Positions 9,459 to 19,199 are shown, numbered from the stretch's first letter. The stretch is DNA of 33,304 bases from a virus (IMGVR_UViG_3300027785_000073:1-33304), one strand, 5' to 3'. Notes: generated from the letters alone by a model not told the origin. A program made the numbers and translations.

Positions 9459-9613
9459 AACAAGGTCTATATGCCAATATCAATGCCAAGCAAGCAAGAA
9501 TTAAGGCTGGCTCTGGAGAAAAGATGCGTAAGGTTGGTAGCAAAGGTGCGCCAACTGCTGATGCATTTAGACAGTCTGCTAAAACCGCAAAGAAACCAAA
9601 AAAGGTGAAGTGA
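9455..9613 (+). CDS. Small basic protein, 52 aa (not in the ORF track)
   Basis: MKQGLYANINAKQARIKAGSGEKMRKVGSKGAPTADAFRQSAKTAKKPKKVK. Stop-start overlaps at both ends. Confidence 0.75.
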   Translation: MKQGLYANINAKQARIKAGSGEKMRKVGSKGAPTADAFRQSAKTAKKPKKVK

Positions 9614-9915
9614 TGAAAACTCCCGCTTGGCAACGCTCCGAAGGTAAAAATCCTAAAGGGGGGTTGAACTCCAAGGGCAGAGCATCTTATAATGCGGAAA
9701 CTGGTGGTAATTTAAAAGCACCCGTCAAATCAGGGGACAACCCTCGCAGAGCAAGTTTCTTGGCTCGTATGGCTGGTAATAGCGGTGCTGAGTACAAGAA
9801 TGGTGAACCGACAAGACTGCTTCTTTCGTTAAAAGCATGGGGTGCAAACTCCAAGACTGACGCAAAGGCAAAAGCCAAGTCTATTTCCGAACGAAATAAG
9901 GCAAAGGCAAAATGA
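9613..9915 (+). CDS. Basic phage hypothetical protein (AWQRxEGKNPKGGLN type), ~100 aa
   Basis: TGATG coupling; K/R/G-rich. The motif is familiar from aquatic phage hypothetical proteins (recollection, not searched). Confidence 0.7.
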   Translation: MKTPAWQRSEGKNPKGGLNSKGRASYNAETGGNLKAPVKSGDNPRRASFLARMAGNSGAEYKNGEPTRLLLSLKAWGANSKTDAKAKAKSISERNKAKAK

Positions 9916-10247
9916 GAGCATTATCAGTTGGTGTTAGTCCTACGGCGGCAGTAGACACAACAGTCTATACCTGTCCTACGGGCTATTACGCCAAATTTAC
10001 TGTAATGTATATACACAATACAGGTGGCTCTACCAAACATATAACTGTTCAATGGTTTGACGCAAGTGCTAATAGCACTCTTGATATATTGACTTCTCTT
10101 GATTTCAGTACAAAAGAATATTTGCAGTTTGATGGCAATGCCTACATTGTGTTTGAAGAAGGCGACAAACTCAAAATAACTACTCAGTCTGCAAGTTCAT
10201 TCAGTTTTATAGCAACCTTTGAAGAAATAGGATTGACAAGACAATGA
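9912..10247 (+). CDS. Beta-rich hypothetical virion protein, 111 aa
   Basis: TTVYTCPTG...IVFEEGDKLKIT pattern; ATGA coupling. Confidence 0.7.
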   Translation: MRALSVGVSPTAAVDTTVYTCPTGYYAKFTVMYIHNTGGSTKHITVQWFDASANSTLDILTSLDFSTKEYLQFDGNAYIVFEEGDKLKITTQSASSFSFIATFEEIGLTRQ

Positions 10248-10400
10248 CGTACTTAGAACTAATTAACGATGTATTGGTTCGATTGCGTGAACCAACTGTA
10301 TCTACTAACCTAGAGACACAAGACAATGACGTACTTAGAACTAATTAACGATGTATTGGTTCGATTGCGTGAACCAACTGTATCTACTAACCTAGAAACA
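10236..10400 (+). repeat. Tandem duplication with 82-nt period covering the start of the adaptor gene
   Basis: 10236-10314 is identical to 10318-10396 (79 nt), followed by GACA in copy 1 and AACA in copy 2. Confidence 0.97.
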
Positions 10401-10973
10401 ACTTACTCAACCCTGCTTGGCAAGTTTGTCAATGATGCAAAGCGTCAGATTGAGGATGCCTTTGCTTGGAACGTATTAGTTCAAACTATCACAGTTACCA
10501 CAGTTGCAAACACTTCTTCCTACTCCCTCACAGGGGCTGGTCAGAAGTTCCAAGTCTTAGACGCAATCAATACCACTAGCCTTTTAGGGATGACAAACAT
10601 TGATTTTGTCACCATGAATCGCAACATTAACTTCTTACCCGTTGGCACTTCAGCACCAGTTAACTATGCTTTTAATGGCGTAGATGGTAGTTACGATACA
10701 AAAGTAACCTTGTATCCAGTACCAGATGCTGTATACACAGTTAAATTCTCTTTAGCCATAGCACAAGCCAATTTGTCTGCTGACGCTACTGTGGTGCAAG
10801 TACCTGATGTTTTAGTGGCTCAAAACGCCTATGCAAGAGCATTGGTGGAGCGTGGTGAAGATGGTGGCTTGTCTTCCTCAGAGGCGTATGCGCTATACAA
10901 ATCAATGTTGTCAGACCATATTGCTTTGGAGGGTACACGTTATCCTGATCGTGGGGAGTTTGTAGCAACATGA
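10326..10973 (+). CDS. Head-tail adaptor / tail tubular protein A-like, 215 aa
   Basis: MTYLELINDVLVRLRE N-terminus, VNDAKRQIEDAFAW and LYPVPD motifs. Precedes the nozzle gene. Confidence 0.75.
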   Translation: MTYLELINDVLVRLREPTVSTNLETTYSTLLGKFVNDAKRQIEDAFAWNVLVQTITVTTVANTSSYSLTGAGQKFQVLDAINTTSLLGMTNIDFVTMNRNINFLPVGTSAPVNYAFNGVDGSYDTKVTLYPVPDAVYTVKFSLAIAQANLSADATVVQVPDVLVAQNAYARALVERGEDGGLSSSEAYALYKSMLSDHIALEGTRYPDRGEFVAT

Positions 10974-12784
10974 GCCAAGCAATCCAAGTCTCTAGCATAA
11001 GCGCACCAGGCTTTTACGGGTTAAACACCCAAGATTCGCCTTTGGACTTGAATCAAGGCTTTGCTTTAGTTGCCACCAATTGTGTAATTGACCAATACGG
11101 ACGCATTGGCTCACGCAAGGGTTTCTCAAGGGTTAACTCATCTTCTGGTGCTTTGGGTGCAAATGATGTTGGCGTAATACATGAGTTAGTTCAGGCTGAT
11201 GGCACTTTGACTGTGCTGTTCTCTGGTAACAACAAGTTATTCAAGTTGGATGGCTCAAACGCTGTTTCAGAGTTGACCTATGGTGGTGGCGGTACTGCCC
11301 CTACTATCACAGCAAACAACTGGCATTGCACATCCTTAAATGCAATAACTTTCTTCTTTCAATCAGGGCATGACCCGTTGATCTTTGACCCTGCGGTAAG
11401 CACTACAACATTTAGGCGTGTGTCTGAGAAGACTGGTTACGTTGGTACTGTGCCAAATGCAAACATTGCTATTAGTGCTTATGGTCGCTTGTGGGTGGCA
11501 AGTACAACTACAAACATAACAACCATTTCTTTCTCTGATTTGCTTTCTGGTCATGTTTGGTCTACTGGAACTTCTGGTTCTTTAAATGTAGACAGGGTAT
11601 GGCCTAACGGGGCAGATGAAATCACAGGGTTGGCGGCTCACAATGGCTTTCTAATTATCTTTGGTAAGCGTCAAATCTTGGTGTATGCCAATGCAACTAC
11701 GCCATCTACCATGACTTTGAGTGACACAGTTGGTGGCATTGGTTGTATAGCAAGGGATACGATTGCATCTACGGGCAAGGACATTCTCTTCTTGTCTAAC
11801 TCTGGCATACGCTCGTTTGCTAGAACGATTATTGAAAAGTCAGCCCCATTGGGAGACTTGTCCAAGAATGTACGCAATGATCTGTTGTCTACGATTGCTG
11901 GTGAGACTCTAGCCAATCTAAAGGCTGTTTATTCAGAAAGAGATGCTTTCTACCTGATAACCTTCCCATTGGTTAAGCAAGTGTTCTGCTTTGACACAAG
12001 ATTGCAGTTGCAAGATAACTCATTCAGAGTAACGACTTGGGACTCTATTGAACCAACTGCTTTGCTTTCCCGCAGGAGTGGTGACTTGCTGATTGGCAAG
12101 AATGGTTTTATTGGCAAGTATGGTACTTATTTAGACCATACAAGTAGTTATCGTTTCTTGTACTACACAAACCATGCTGATCTAGGCGATCAAGCGGTTA
12201 CTTCTATATTGAAAAGATTGTCTATTGTTGCTATTGGTGGCTCAAACCAGTTTGTAACAATGAAGTGGGGATTTGACTTCTCTACTAACTACTTAGCCGC
12301 AACTACCTTTATTCCGACACAAGGAACATCTGAGTATGGGGTTGCAGAGTACAACAATCCAAACAATCAGGTTGTGACGATAACCAATGCAAGCCCTGCG
12401 GTTGTTACATCTGTTGATGGTTCTTCATTTGTGTTGAATAACACAATAACTTTGACAACTACTGGAACTTTGCCTTCTGGGTTACTTGTGTTGACAACGT
12501 ATTACTGCATTAATGTTTCAACAACTACCTGTAACTTGTCTTTAACGCCTAGTCCTGGTACGGCAATCAATACAACAACAGCGGGTAGTGGTACGCATAC
12601 CGCAGTACACGCACAGCCCTCTGTAACTAACGAGTATTCAGATGGCGTTTCGTTGCAGACCTTACAAGTCAATGCAAGTGGTTCTGGCAAAGTTGTGCAA
12701 ACTGGTTATGAGACTAATATTTCAGGTAATGAACTATCTATTCAGAAGATTGAAATTCAATCTAAACGTGGCAGATTAAGTTAA
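10970..12784 (+). CDS. Tail nozzle / tubular protein B (P22 gp10- or T7 gp12-like beta-propeller), 604 aa
   Basis: FYGLNT...NCVID..G.I..RKG N-terminus; GRLWVA, GCIARDTI and LFLSNSGIRS propeller motifs; position after the adaptor. Confidence 0.75.
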   Translation: MSQAIQVSSISAPGFYGLNTQDSPLDLNQGFALVATNCVIDQYGRIGSRKGFSRVNSSSGALGANDVGVIHELVQADGTLTVLFSGNNKLFKLDGSNAVSELTYGGGGTAPTITANNWHCTSLNAITFFFQSGHDPLIFDPAVSTTTFRRVSEKTGYVGTVPNANIAISAYGRLWVASTTTNITTISFSDLLSGHVWSTGTSGSLNVDRVWPNGADEITGLAAHNGFLIIFGKRQILVYANATTPSTMTLSDTVGGIGCIARDTIASTGKDILFLSNSGIRSFARTIIEKSAPLGDLSKNVRNDLLSTIAGETLANLKAVYSERDAFYLITFPLVKQVFCFDTRLQLQDNSFRVTTWDSIEPTALLSRRSGDLLIGKNGFIGKYGTYLDHTSSYRFLYYTNHADLGDQAVTSILKRLSIVAIGGSNQFVTMKWGFDFSTNYLAATTFIPTQGTSEYGVAEYNNPNNQVVTITNASPAVVTSVDGSSFVLNNTITLTTTGTLPSGLLVLTTYYCINVSTTTCNLSLTPSPGTAINTTTAGSGTHTAVHAQPSVTNEYSDGVSLQTLQVNASGSGKVVQTGYETNISGNELSIQKIEIQSKRGRLS

Positions 12785-12793
12785 GGGGAAAAA

Positions 12794-13582
12794 ATGACAA
12801 ATTATGTGAAATCAACAAACTTTGCTACCAAAGACAATCTTGCGTCTGGTGATCCATTAAAGATTGTTAAGGGTACGGAGATAAATACTGAGTACGACAA
12901 CATTGCTATTGCTGTTGCTACTAAGGCAGATGTTGCATCGCCTACCTTTACTGGTACTGTAACCATACCAACACTTGCATTGACAAATGATTTGGCTGTT
13001 ACAGACGGAGGTACTGGTGCATCGACTGCGGCAAATGCTCGTACTAACCTGAGTGCGGCATCTTCTGGTGCTAACTCTGACATTACCTCTATTACTGGTT
13101 TGACAACGGCTTTGACTGTTGCACAGGGTGGCACAGGGTTGGCTACTCTTACTGCAAACAATGTAGTTTTGGGTAATGGTACAAGTAATGTGCAGTTTGT
13201 TGCCCCTAGTACCTCTGGCAATCTACTAACTTCAAACGGAACTACTTGGACTTCTACTGCACCAGCCGCAAGCGGGGTTACTTCAGTAGCAACAGGCAAC
13301 GGATTATCTGGTGGAACTATTACATCAACTGGCACATTAGTTGTTGCTTGCCCTTCTTTTAATTCTGTTGGTAGTTATTGCATGGGAAGCGTATTAATAA
13401 TTACTGCTATGAATAGTGGTGATAATCGGACGGCTGGTGGTTCAAATGACCAAGTTCAATCTTCGGATACACAGTTGAGTTTTTTAACAAATAATTTATC
13501 AGGAACATGGAAATGGATGGGGGCTAATATTCCAAGTGCGTGTAACCCCAGAGTTTTTGGGATTTTCTGTCGTGTCTCTTAA
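12794..13582 (+). CDS. Short tail fibre/needle protein, 262 aa
   Basis: N-terminal anchor (...EINTEYDNIAIAVATKAD, SPTFTGT), GGTG repeats, and a C-terminal tip ending GTWKWMG...FCRVS. Confidence 0.7.
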   Translation: MTNYVKSTNFATKDNLASGDPLKIVKGTEINTEYDNIAIAVATKADVASPTFTGTVTIPTLALTNDLAVTDGGTGASTAANARTNLSAASSGANSDITSITGLTTALTVAQGGTGLATLTANNVVLGNGTSNVQFVAPSTSGNLLTSNGTTWTSTAPAASGVTSVATGNGLSGGTITSTGTLVVACPSFNSVGSYCMGSVLIITAMNSGDNRTAGGSNDQVQSSDTQLSFLTNNLSGTWKWMGANIPSACNPRVFGIFCRVS

Positions 13583-13595
13583 AAGGAAAAATTAA

Positions 13596-13844
13596 ATGTT
13601 TACTCTTGAATACGCAAAAAACCCCGTGTATGGAAATTCAGAAGGAACTTCTATTCTGTTAACTGTTAAATGGCAAGAACTTAATGAAGATATGCCTTTT
13701 GCCGCAACAAGTTATGACACTATGGCTCATGGCGTAGATTTGTATAACAGAGCAAAGGCTGGTGAGTTTGGTGAAGTTTCTCCTTATGTTGCACAAACAG
13801 CAACAGAAGATCAACCAAGCACGACAGGAACGCAAGACTTATGA
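13596..13844 (+). CDS. Putative tail fibre assembly chaperone, 82 aa
   Basis: PFAAT.YD..AHG..LY.RAKAGEFGEV motif directly after the fibre gene; RBS AAGGA. Confidence 0.6.
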   Translation: MFTLEYAKNPVYGNSEGTSILLTVKWQELNEDMPFAATSYDTMAHGVDLYNRAKAGEFGEVSPYVAQTATEDQPSTTGTQDL

Positions 13845-14026
13845 CCTATGGAATATATCCAAACTCAACGCCAGAGTTTCGTATGCTTCAAAAAGAAGAT
13901 GGGACAATGGCAATGCAAGTTAGATATATCAATGCACCAATGGGATATACAGGCAAGTGGATGGATGTGAAAGCGGAAAAAGAAAATGACAATACGAATT
14001 GCACCGACACACCAAGTCATGTATGA
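13841..14026 (+). CDS. Hypothetical protein, 61 aa
   Basis: ATGA coupling to the upstream gene; fills the gap. Confidence 0.55.
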   Translation: MTYGIYPNSTPEFRMLQKEDGTMAMQVRYINAPMGYTGKWMDVKAEKENDNTNCTDTPSHV

Positions 14027-14267
14027 CGGGGCATCTTTGAATGTGTTTCACGCAAACAAGGGTGAAGGGTTACCAAGCCATGAACACGTTTATGCACATT
14101 TAACTGTCTGTCATGCAGGAAGTTGTGTGATTCGTAAAGAAGGAATTGAGAAAGTGATTGACAAGTACACGCAACCGATAAACCTCAAGGCTAATGAGTG
14201 GCATGAGATTGAGGCATTGGAAGATGAGACTGTGTTTGTGAATGTGTTTGCGGAAGGCAAGTATTGA
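13986..14267 (+). CDS. Cupin-fold protein, 93 aa
   Basis: Motif 1 GLPSHEHVYAHLTVCHAGS and motif 2 EWHEIEALED...FVNVF. Confidence 0.75.
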   Translation: MTIRIAPTHQVMYDGASLNVFHANKGEGLPSHEHVYAHLTVCHAGSCVIRKEGIEKVIDKYTQPINLKANEWHEIEALEDETVFVNVFAEGKY

Positions 14268-14551
14268 AGACTCCTGTGGTCATTCGGAAAGATTATGTAA
14301 TTTACCTAGAATTGTTTGACAATTTATTATGGTTTCATACAGATGTTTTCAAATGGTCAGCAGAGATAAAAAAGAGGTACAGATTGGATTTGGCAAAGTT
14401 AGAAGATTTAGTTGATATGCCGCTGTTGGCAGTCGTTGATGTAACGAACAATAAATTAACTAAGTTTGCTGAATCTTTTGGGTGGGTTGTAAAAGGACAA
14501 ATGGTTTTAAACAATGGCAATAAAGCCTTAATTTATGCTTCACAAGCATAA
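14264..14551 (+). CDS. Hypothetical protein, possible degenerate GNAT-like fold, 95 aa (TTG start)
   Basis: TTGA overlap; NKLTKFAESFGW motif. Sits just before the ejection proteins, like T7 gp13-type genes (inference). Confidence 0.5.
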   Translation: MKTPVVIRKDYVIYLELFDNLLWFHTDVFKWSAEIKKRYRLDLAKLEDLVDMPLLAVVDVTNNKLTKFAESFGWVVKGQMVLNNGNKALIYASQA

Positions 14552-14562
14552 GGGAGAAGAAA

Positions 14563-15600
14563 ATGGGTGATCCAGTATCAAGTGCGTTAATTCCTGCGGG
14601 TATTCAGTTACTAAGCAGTTCTATGGCTGGCGACTCTGCAAGAGATGCGGCACAGACTTCTGCTAATGCTCAACTTGAATCGTCAAGATTGGCGGCAGAG
14701 GCGGCTAAATTTACTCCTTATGGAGTTGCTGGAGATCTATTTTCTCAGCCAAAATATTCAGTTGATGCCCAAGGAAGGCCAACTGTTGACCTTGGAATAA
14801 ATCCTGAATTTAGAGCCTATCAAGATAGGTTATTGGCATTAACTGGTAGAGGTTTAACGCAAGCAGAACAGGCAGGACAACAATATGCTCCTTTGACAGG
14901 TGCGGCAACTGGTCTGTTTAATCTTGGAGAACGATATTTAGCAGAAACTCCAGAGCAAGTTGCTCAAAAGTACATGACAAGTCAATACGACTTGCTTGAT
15001 CCTAGTCGGCAAAGACAGTTGGCAAACATTAGAAACCAAAACTTTCAAACAGGTCGTGGTGGTTTATCAGTAGGTTCTACTGGTTTGCGTCCAAGTGGCG
15101 CAGAAGGTTTGGTGGGTACTAATCCTGAATTAGAAGCCTATTACAACGCATTAGCACAACAAGATGCTCAATTGGCGGCAAATGCAACTCAGGCTGGTCA
15201 ACAACAAGTTGCCTTTGGCACAGGATTGTTTGGCGCAGGTTCTAACTTGCTTAACCAATACCAAACTGGTCAAGTTGGTGCATTGTCTCCATTCTCTACT
15301 GGTTTGGGTTTAGCATCAACAGTAAATCAACTTGCTTATGAGCCTGTAAGACTTGGTGCTGAATTGGGTGGTCGTGCAATGCAAGGAGGCGCACAAGCAG
15401 GACAATCGTTGCTATTGGGTGGATTAGGTGCGGCAAGGGCTATGCAACCAGCCAATGCGCTAGACCCATTCTCAAGAACCCTATCCAATCTTGGTGAGAA
15501 TCGTCAGTTCACAAGTGGATTAGGTAAATTGTTTGGTAGCGGTAATAACCCATACTCATCCTTTACAAACTCTGAATTTATGGGAATCACACCTTTTTAA
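14563..15600 (+). CDS. DNA ejection / internal virion protein, 345 aa
   Basis: G/A/Q-rich low-complexity protein (AAQTSANAQLE...); RBS AAGGGAG; first of three large genes after the tail genes. Confidence 0.7.
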   Translation: MGDPVSSALIPAGIQLLSSSMAGDSARDAAQTSANAQLESSRLAAEAAKFTPYGVAGDLFSQPKYSVDAQGRPTVDLGINPEFRAYQDRLLALTGRGLTQAEQAGQQYAPLTGAATGLFNLGERYLAETPEQVAQKYMTSQYDLLDPSRQRQLANIRNQNFQTGRGGLSVGSTGLRPSGAEGLVGTNPELEAYYNALAQQDAQLAANATQAGQQQVAFGTGLFGAGSNLLNQYQTGQVGALSPFSTGLGLASTVNQLAYEPVRLGAELGGRAMQGGAQAGQSLLLGGLGAARAMQPANALDPFSRTLSNLGENRQFTSGLGKLFGSGNNPYSSFTNSEFMGITPF

Positions 15601-15610
15601 AGGAATAATC

Positions 15611-17119
15611 ATGGCAGAATCAATAATGAGTGGTTTGTTTGGGATAACTCCTGAGTCGTATCAAGATACCAGACAACTGCAAGAACAAGCACAGGCACTT
15701 CAACAGGCTCAGTTAAACCCTTATGAAGCGGTTAACTACATGGCGGCTAGGGCTGGTCAGCAACTAGGTCGTGGCATTGGTGGGTTATTAGGTGGTCAAG
15801 ACCCAATGTTACAAAAGATCACGGCACAAGATCAAATCTTAAAAAGTTTAGATATTACCAATCCACAATCAATTGCTACTGGTATTGAAAGAGCGCAACA
15901 GGCTGGAATTCCTGAGTTAGCATTTAAGTTGTTGGCGGTTCGTGATGATGCTACTGCCAGACAACAAAGGCAATTGGCGACACAGCGTGAAATGATGGCT
16001 CAAAGCATTGCAATGAGAGCGTATGACCCAGGCAAACCAGAACAAATTGTTCCTGAAAGAACTGTCATTGATCAAGCGGCAGATACGTCTTATTTGGAGC
16101 CTCAACGAGTTGCTCCAGCGGTTGCGCCAAGTTATGACATCTCCCGTGTCGCTCCTCAATTGATGGCTCTTGGCCCACAGGGTGTTGCTCAATTAACTAC
16201 GGCTAAAGCGGCAGAAAAAGCATTGTTACCAGAAACTCAAATTGTCAAAGAAGGCGAAACAATTTATCAGAGATTACCCGATGGTGGTTACAAACCATTG
16301 ATTAGTGGCCCGATCAAGAAAGAGGCATTTACTGGTGATTATGCTAATGCCTCATTGATGTTGTTTGGGACTGCCAATGTTAGTAAGATACCTCAGACAC
16401 CAGAGGCAATGGATGCCATTACTAAACAAGCGGCTGTTATAGCGCAATCCAAGAGGCCCATCACTAATGTTACAAATACAGTTTCCAACAATACGCAAAA
16501 GGGATTTAGTGAGCAATTTATGGAAAACGTTGCATCGAATATTAAGGCTGGACGTGCCGCTGTCAACGCAATTGGTGCTGTGCAAAATATGCAAACTTTG
16601 CTTGATGAAGGTGTACGAACTGGTTTTGGTCAGGATACGATGCTTCAGCTTGGTCGTGCTGGACAATTTTTTGATCCTGAATTTAAAGTCAAGGGATTGG
16701 CTGGACAAGAAGCGTTTCAATCATTTTCAACTGGTGTAATTTTGCCGCAAGTAAAACAACTTGGTGTAAACCCAACAGATACAGATTTGAAATTTATTTC
16801 AACAGGAGCGCCAGGATTATCTAAAACGCCAGAAGGAAATAAATTATTGTTGTCTGCATTGCAACTTAAACTAAATCGTGAACAAGATTTAGCAAGATTT
16901 ACAAACCAATTTTTGGCTTCTAATCAAGAATTAGTTACAAACAATCCTGTTCAGGCTTACACAAAGTTTAATGATGCGTTTGATCAATACACGAAAACTA
17001 GCCCGCTATACGGGCCAGCGTCTGACTCTTTACGCAAAAGATTTAATGATCTTGGAACTAGGTCAACAGGAAATCCAGCGGCCCGTAACGCTTTAAAAAG
17101 CGGCGGTCTTACAAATTAA
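15611..17119 (+). CDS. DNA ejection / internal virion protein, ~502 aa
   Basis: Start re-assigned to ATG 15611 (RBS AAGGA). Q/A-rich helical protein with a GVNPTDTDLKFI motif. Confidence 0.7.
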   Translation: MAESIMSGLFGITPESYQDTRQLQEQAQALQQAQLNPYEAVNYMAARAGQQLGRGIGGLLGGQDPMLQKITAQDQILKSLDITNPQSIATGIERAQQAGIPELAFKLLAVRDDATARQQRQLATQREMMAQSIAMRAYDPGKPEQIVPERTVIDQAADTSYLEPQRVAPAVAPSYDISRVAPQLMALGPQGVAQLTTAKAAEKALLPETQIVKEGETIYQRLPDGGYKPLISGPIKKEAFTGDYANASLMLFGTANVSKIPQTPEAMDAITKQAAVIAQSKRPITNVTNTVSNNTQKGFSEQFMENVASNIKAGRAAVNAIGAVQNMQTLLDEGVRTGFGQDTMLQLGRAGQFFDPEFKVKGLAGQEAFQSFSTGVILPQVKQLGVNPTDTDLKFISTGAPGLSKTPEGNKLLLSALQLKLNREQDLARFTNQFLASNQELVTNNPVQAYTKFNDAFDQYTKTSPLYGPASDSLRKRFNDLGTRSTGNPAARNALKSGGLTN

Positions 17120-17129
17120 GGGGTAACTT

Positions 17130-19190
17130 ATGGCTTCGTTAAATGACCAAATTCTTGATTTGCGGGATGAACTAGAAATAGCCAAGTCAGAAGGAAAAAT
17201 TACCGATTCAGGCACAAAAATGCTTGAACAACTTAACACAAAAAGTTTTACAACTGGCGGGTTTGGTCAATTCTTGCAAGGGTTGAGTCTTAATTTTTCA
17301 GAAAATGTTACTGGTGCATTAAAGTCTTACTTAACGCCTGGGCCAGATGAAATATCTAAACAACTTAAGCTAGGCGCACCAGACAAGCCAGCGCCATCGC
17401 CAACAGATGTTGCCATTCAAATGGAACGTATTGGTTTGAGTGAATATGCAAAAGAATCACCAGCCAAAAGTATTTCAGCAAACATTGCTGGTTCAGCAGT
17501 TCCTGCTTTGGTTACAAAAAAACCTGTCACTAGTTTTCCTGCACAAATGGGACTTGCTGGGGCGGCAGGATTTACTGCTGGTCTTGGTGAATCAGAAGCT
17601 GAACTTTTTAGCCCTGAATCACTAAAATCTGGAGGCATTGGTACAGTAACTTCTTTGGCAGTCTTACCAATAGCAAAAGGGGTCGGCATGGGCGCTGGGG
17701 CTGTCTACCGAGGCGTTGTAAAGTCTATCTTTAGTAACCCCCAACGCATTGGTACTGATGAGGCAAGAGGACTAATTAAACAAGCCCTTATCAATGACAA
17801 GGGCGGTGTGGATGAAGCCATCCAGTTTGTGCTTGAACAAAAGGGAAAGCCTTACTCCATTGCTGATGTTGGCCCAAATACCAGAGCATATTTAGATGCG
17901 GCAAATACTATCCCTGGCCCAGGGAAAAAACAAGCACAAGAGTTTTTGCAGAATCGAGACAAGGGCGTTCTTTCTCGACTAACTTCTGACTTGCAAGTTG
18001 CTTTTGGCTCTAAAGCGGCTTTCTTTGATGAGTTCAATGCGCTTAAAGATGCAAGGTCTGATTTGGGTGGAAAACTTTACGAAAGAGCATTGCAAAAAGA
18101 TGTGCCAGTTACGCCAGAGTTAACAAATCTTTTTAATCGTCCAAGTGTGCAAGATGCCTACAACAGAGCAATTAACATTGCTAAAGAAGAAGGCATTAAA
18201 TTGCCTAACGTAAAAATTGTTGATGGAAAATTGCAAACATTAGACGGCAATGATGTTACTAAAATAAACACCACTTTTTTACATTACATGAAGATGGGTT
18301 TGGATGATGTTGTTTTTACAGGAAAGAGTCCAACTAGCGGCATTGGTTCAACTGAACTTGGGAAAATAAAAGGCACTCGGATTCAGTTTCTTGACCAATT
18401 AGATGCCGCTAATCCCACCTACAAAAATGCAAGACGAGTTTGGGCTTCAGACACGGCTGTTATGGACGCAATGGAAGAAGGGCGAACAGCTTTAAATAAA
18501 CAGCCTAAAGATGTTGATGTTTTGTTAAATGACATGAAGACAATGACCAAATCAGAACTTGAAGGCTTGCGTCTTGGTGTTATGCAAAACTTGCTTGATC
18601 GTCTTGGTGGAGCGCAAACAGCGGCAACAGTTGTTGGCCCAACAGGTAATCCAGCGTTAAAAATCATTAACGACCCAAAAAATCTACGAGTGCTTAGAGC
18701 AACATTTCCAAAAGATGAAGCTGGAGATAAGACTTTTGAGCAATTTATGAAAAATATGAAGTCTGAAGTTGACATGAAAAGCACATCTAAGCAAGTCTTG
18801 CAAGGCTCACAAACAGCAGAAAGAACACAAGCTATTTCAGACGTAAAGGCTGGCGGGCAAGCTGTGCGTGAACTGCCAGCTATGAGTGTGCAAGGGATTT
18901 TGATGAGGGCTTTGCAACGTGACTATTCTCAACTTGGCGATGCACAAACTAGGGCTGTGGCAGATGAGATGACTAGAATTTTGACAACCACAGCGACAGA
19001 CCCAAAGAAATTGCAAAAAATATCTAAGCAATTAGCTGGTCGTAGTGTCTATGATGTAATCAGCAAAGACATTCCTGAACTGTTGCCTGCTTTGGGACGA
19101 GCGACACTTGGCCCCTTTGCAATTGGATCAATGTCTGGCAATGTAGCCCCTAATATTGGTTCGGCAACTGGTTTGTTTAGCGGTCAATAG
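17130..19190 (+). CDS. Large DNA ejection / internal virion protein, 686 aa
   Basis: G/A-rich hydrophobic segments followed by a long helical region; RBS AAGGGG; third ejection-type gene. Confidence 0.7.
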   Translation: MASLNDQILDLRDELEIAKSEGKITDSGTKMLEQLNTKSFTTGGFGQFLQGLSLNFSENVTGALKSYLTPGPDEISKQLKLGAPDKPAPSPTDVAIQMERIGLSEYAKESPAKSISANIAGSAVPALVTKKPVTSFPAQMGLAGAAGFTAGLGESEAELFSPESLKSGGIGTVTSLAVLPIAKGVGMGAGAVYRGVVKSIFSNPQRIGTDEARGLIKQALINDKGGVDEAIQFVLEQKGKPYSIADVGPNTRAYLDAANTIPGPGKKQAQEFLQNRDKGVLSRLTSDLQVAFGSKAAFFDEFNALKDARSDLGGKLYERALQKDVPVTPELTNLFNRPSVQDAYNRAINIAKEEGIKLPNVKIVDGKLQTLDGNDVTKINTTFLHYMKMGLDDVVFTGKSPTSGIGSTELGKIKGTRIQFLDQLDAANPTYKNARRVWASDTAVMDAMEEGRTALNKQPKDVDVLLNDMKTMTKSELEGLRLGVMQNLLDRLGGAQTAATVVGPTGNPALKIINDPKNLRVLRATFPKDEAGDKTFEQFMKNMKSEVDMKSTSKQVLQGSQTAERTQAISDVKAGGQAVRELPAMSVQGILMRALQRDYSQLGDAQTRAVADEMTRILTTTATDPKKLQKISKQLAGRSVYDVISKDIPELLPALGRATLGPFAIGSMSGNVAPNIGSATGLFSGQ

Positions 19191-19199
19191 GAGTAAACC

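Noticed and set aside
10236-10400. Duplication as a diversity-generating retroelement TR/VR pair
   Set aside because: No reverse transcriptase in the window, the copies are adjacent at a gene start, and they differ at only one position.
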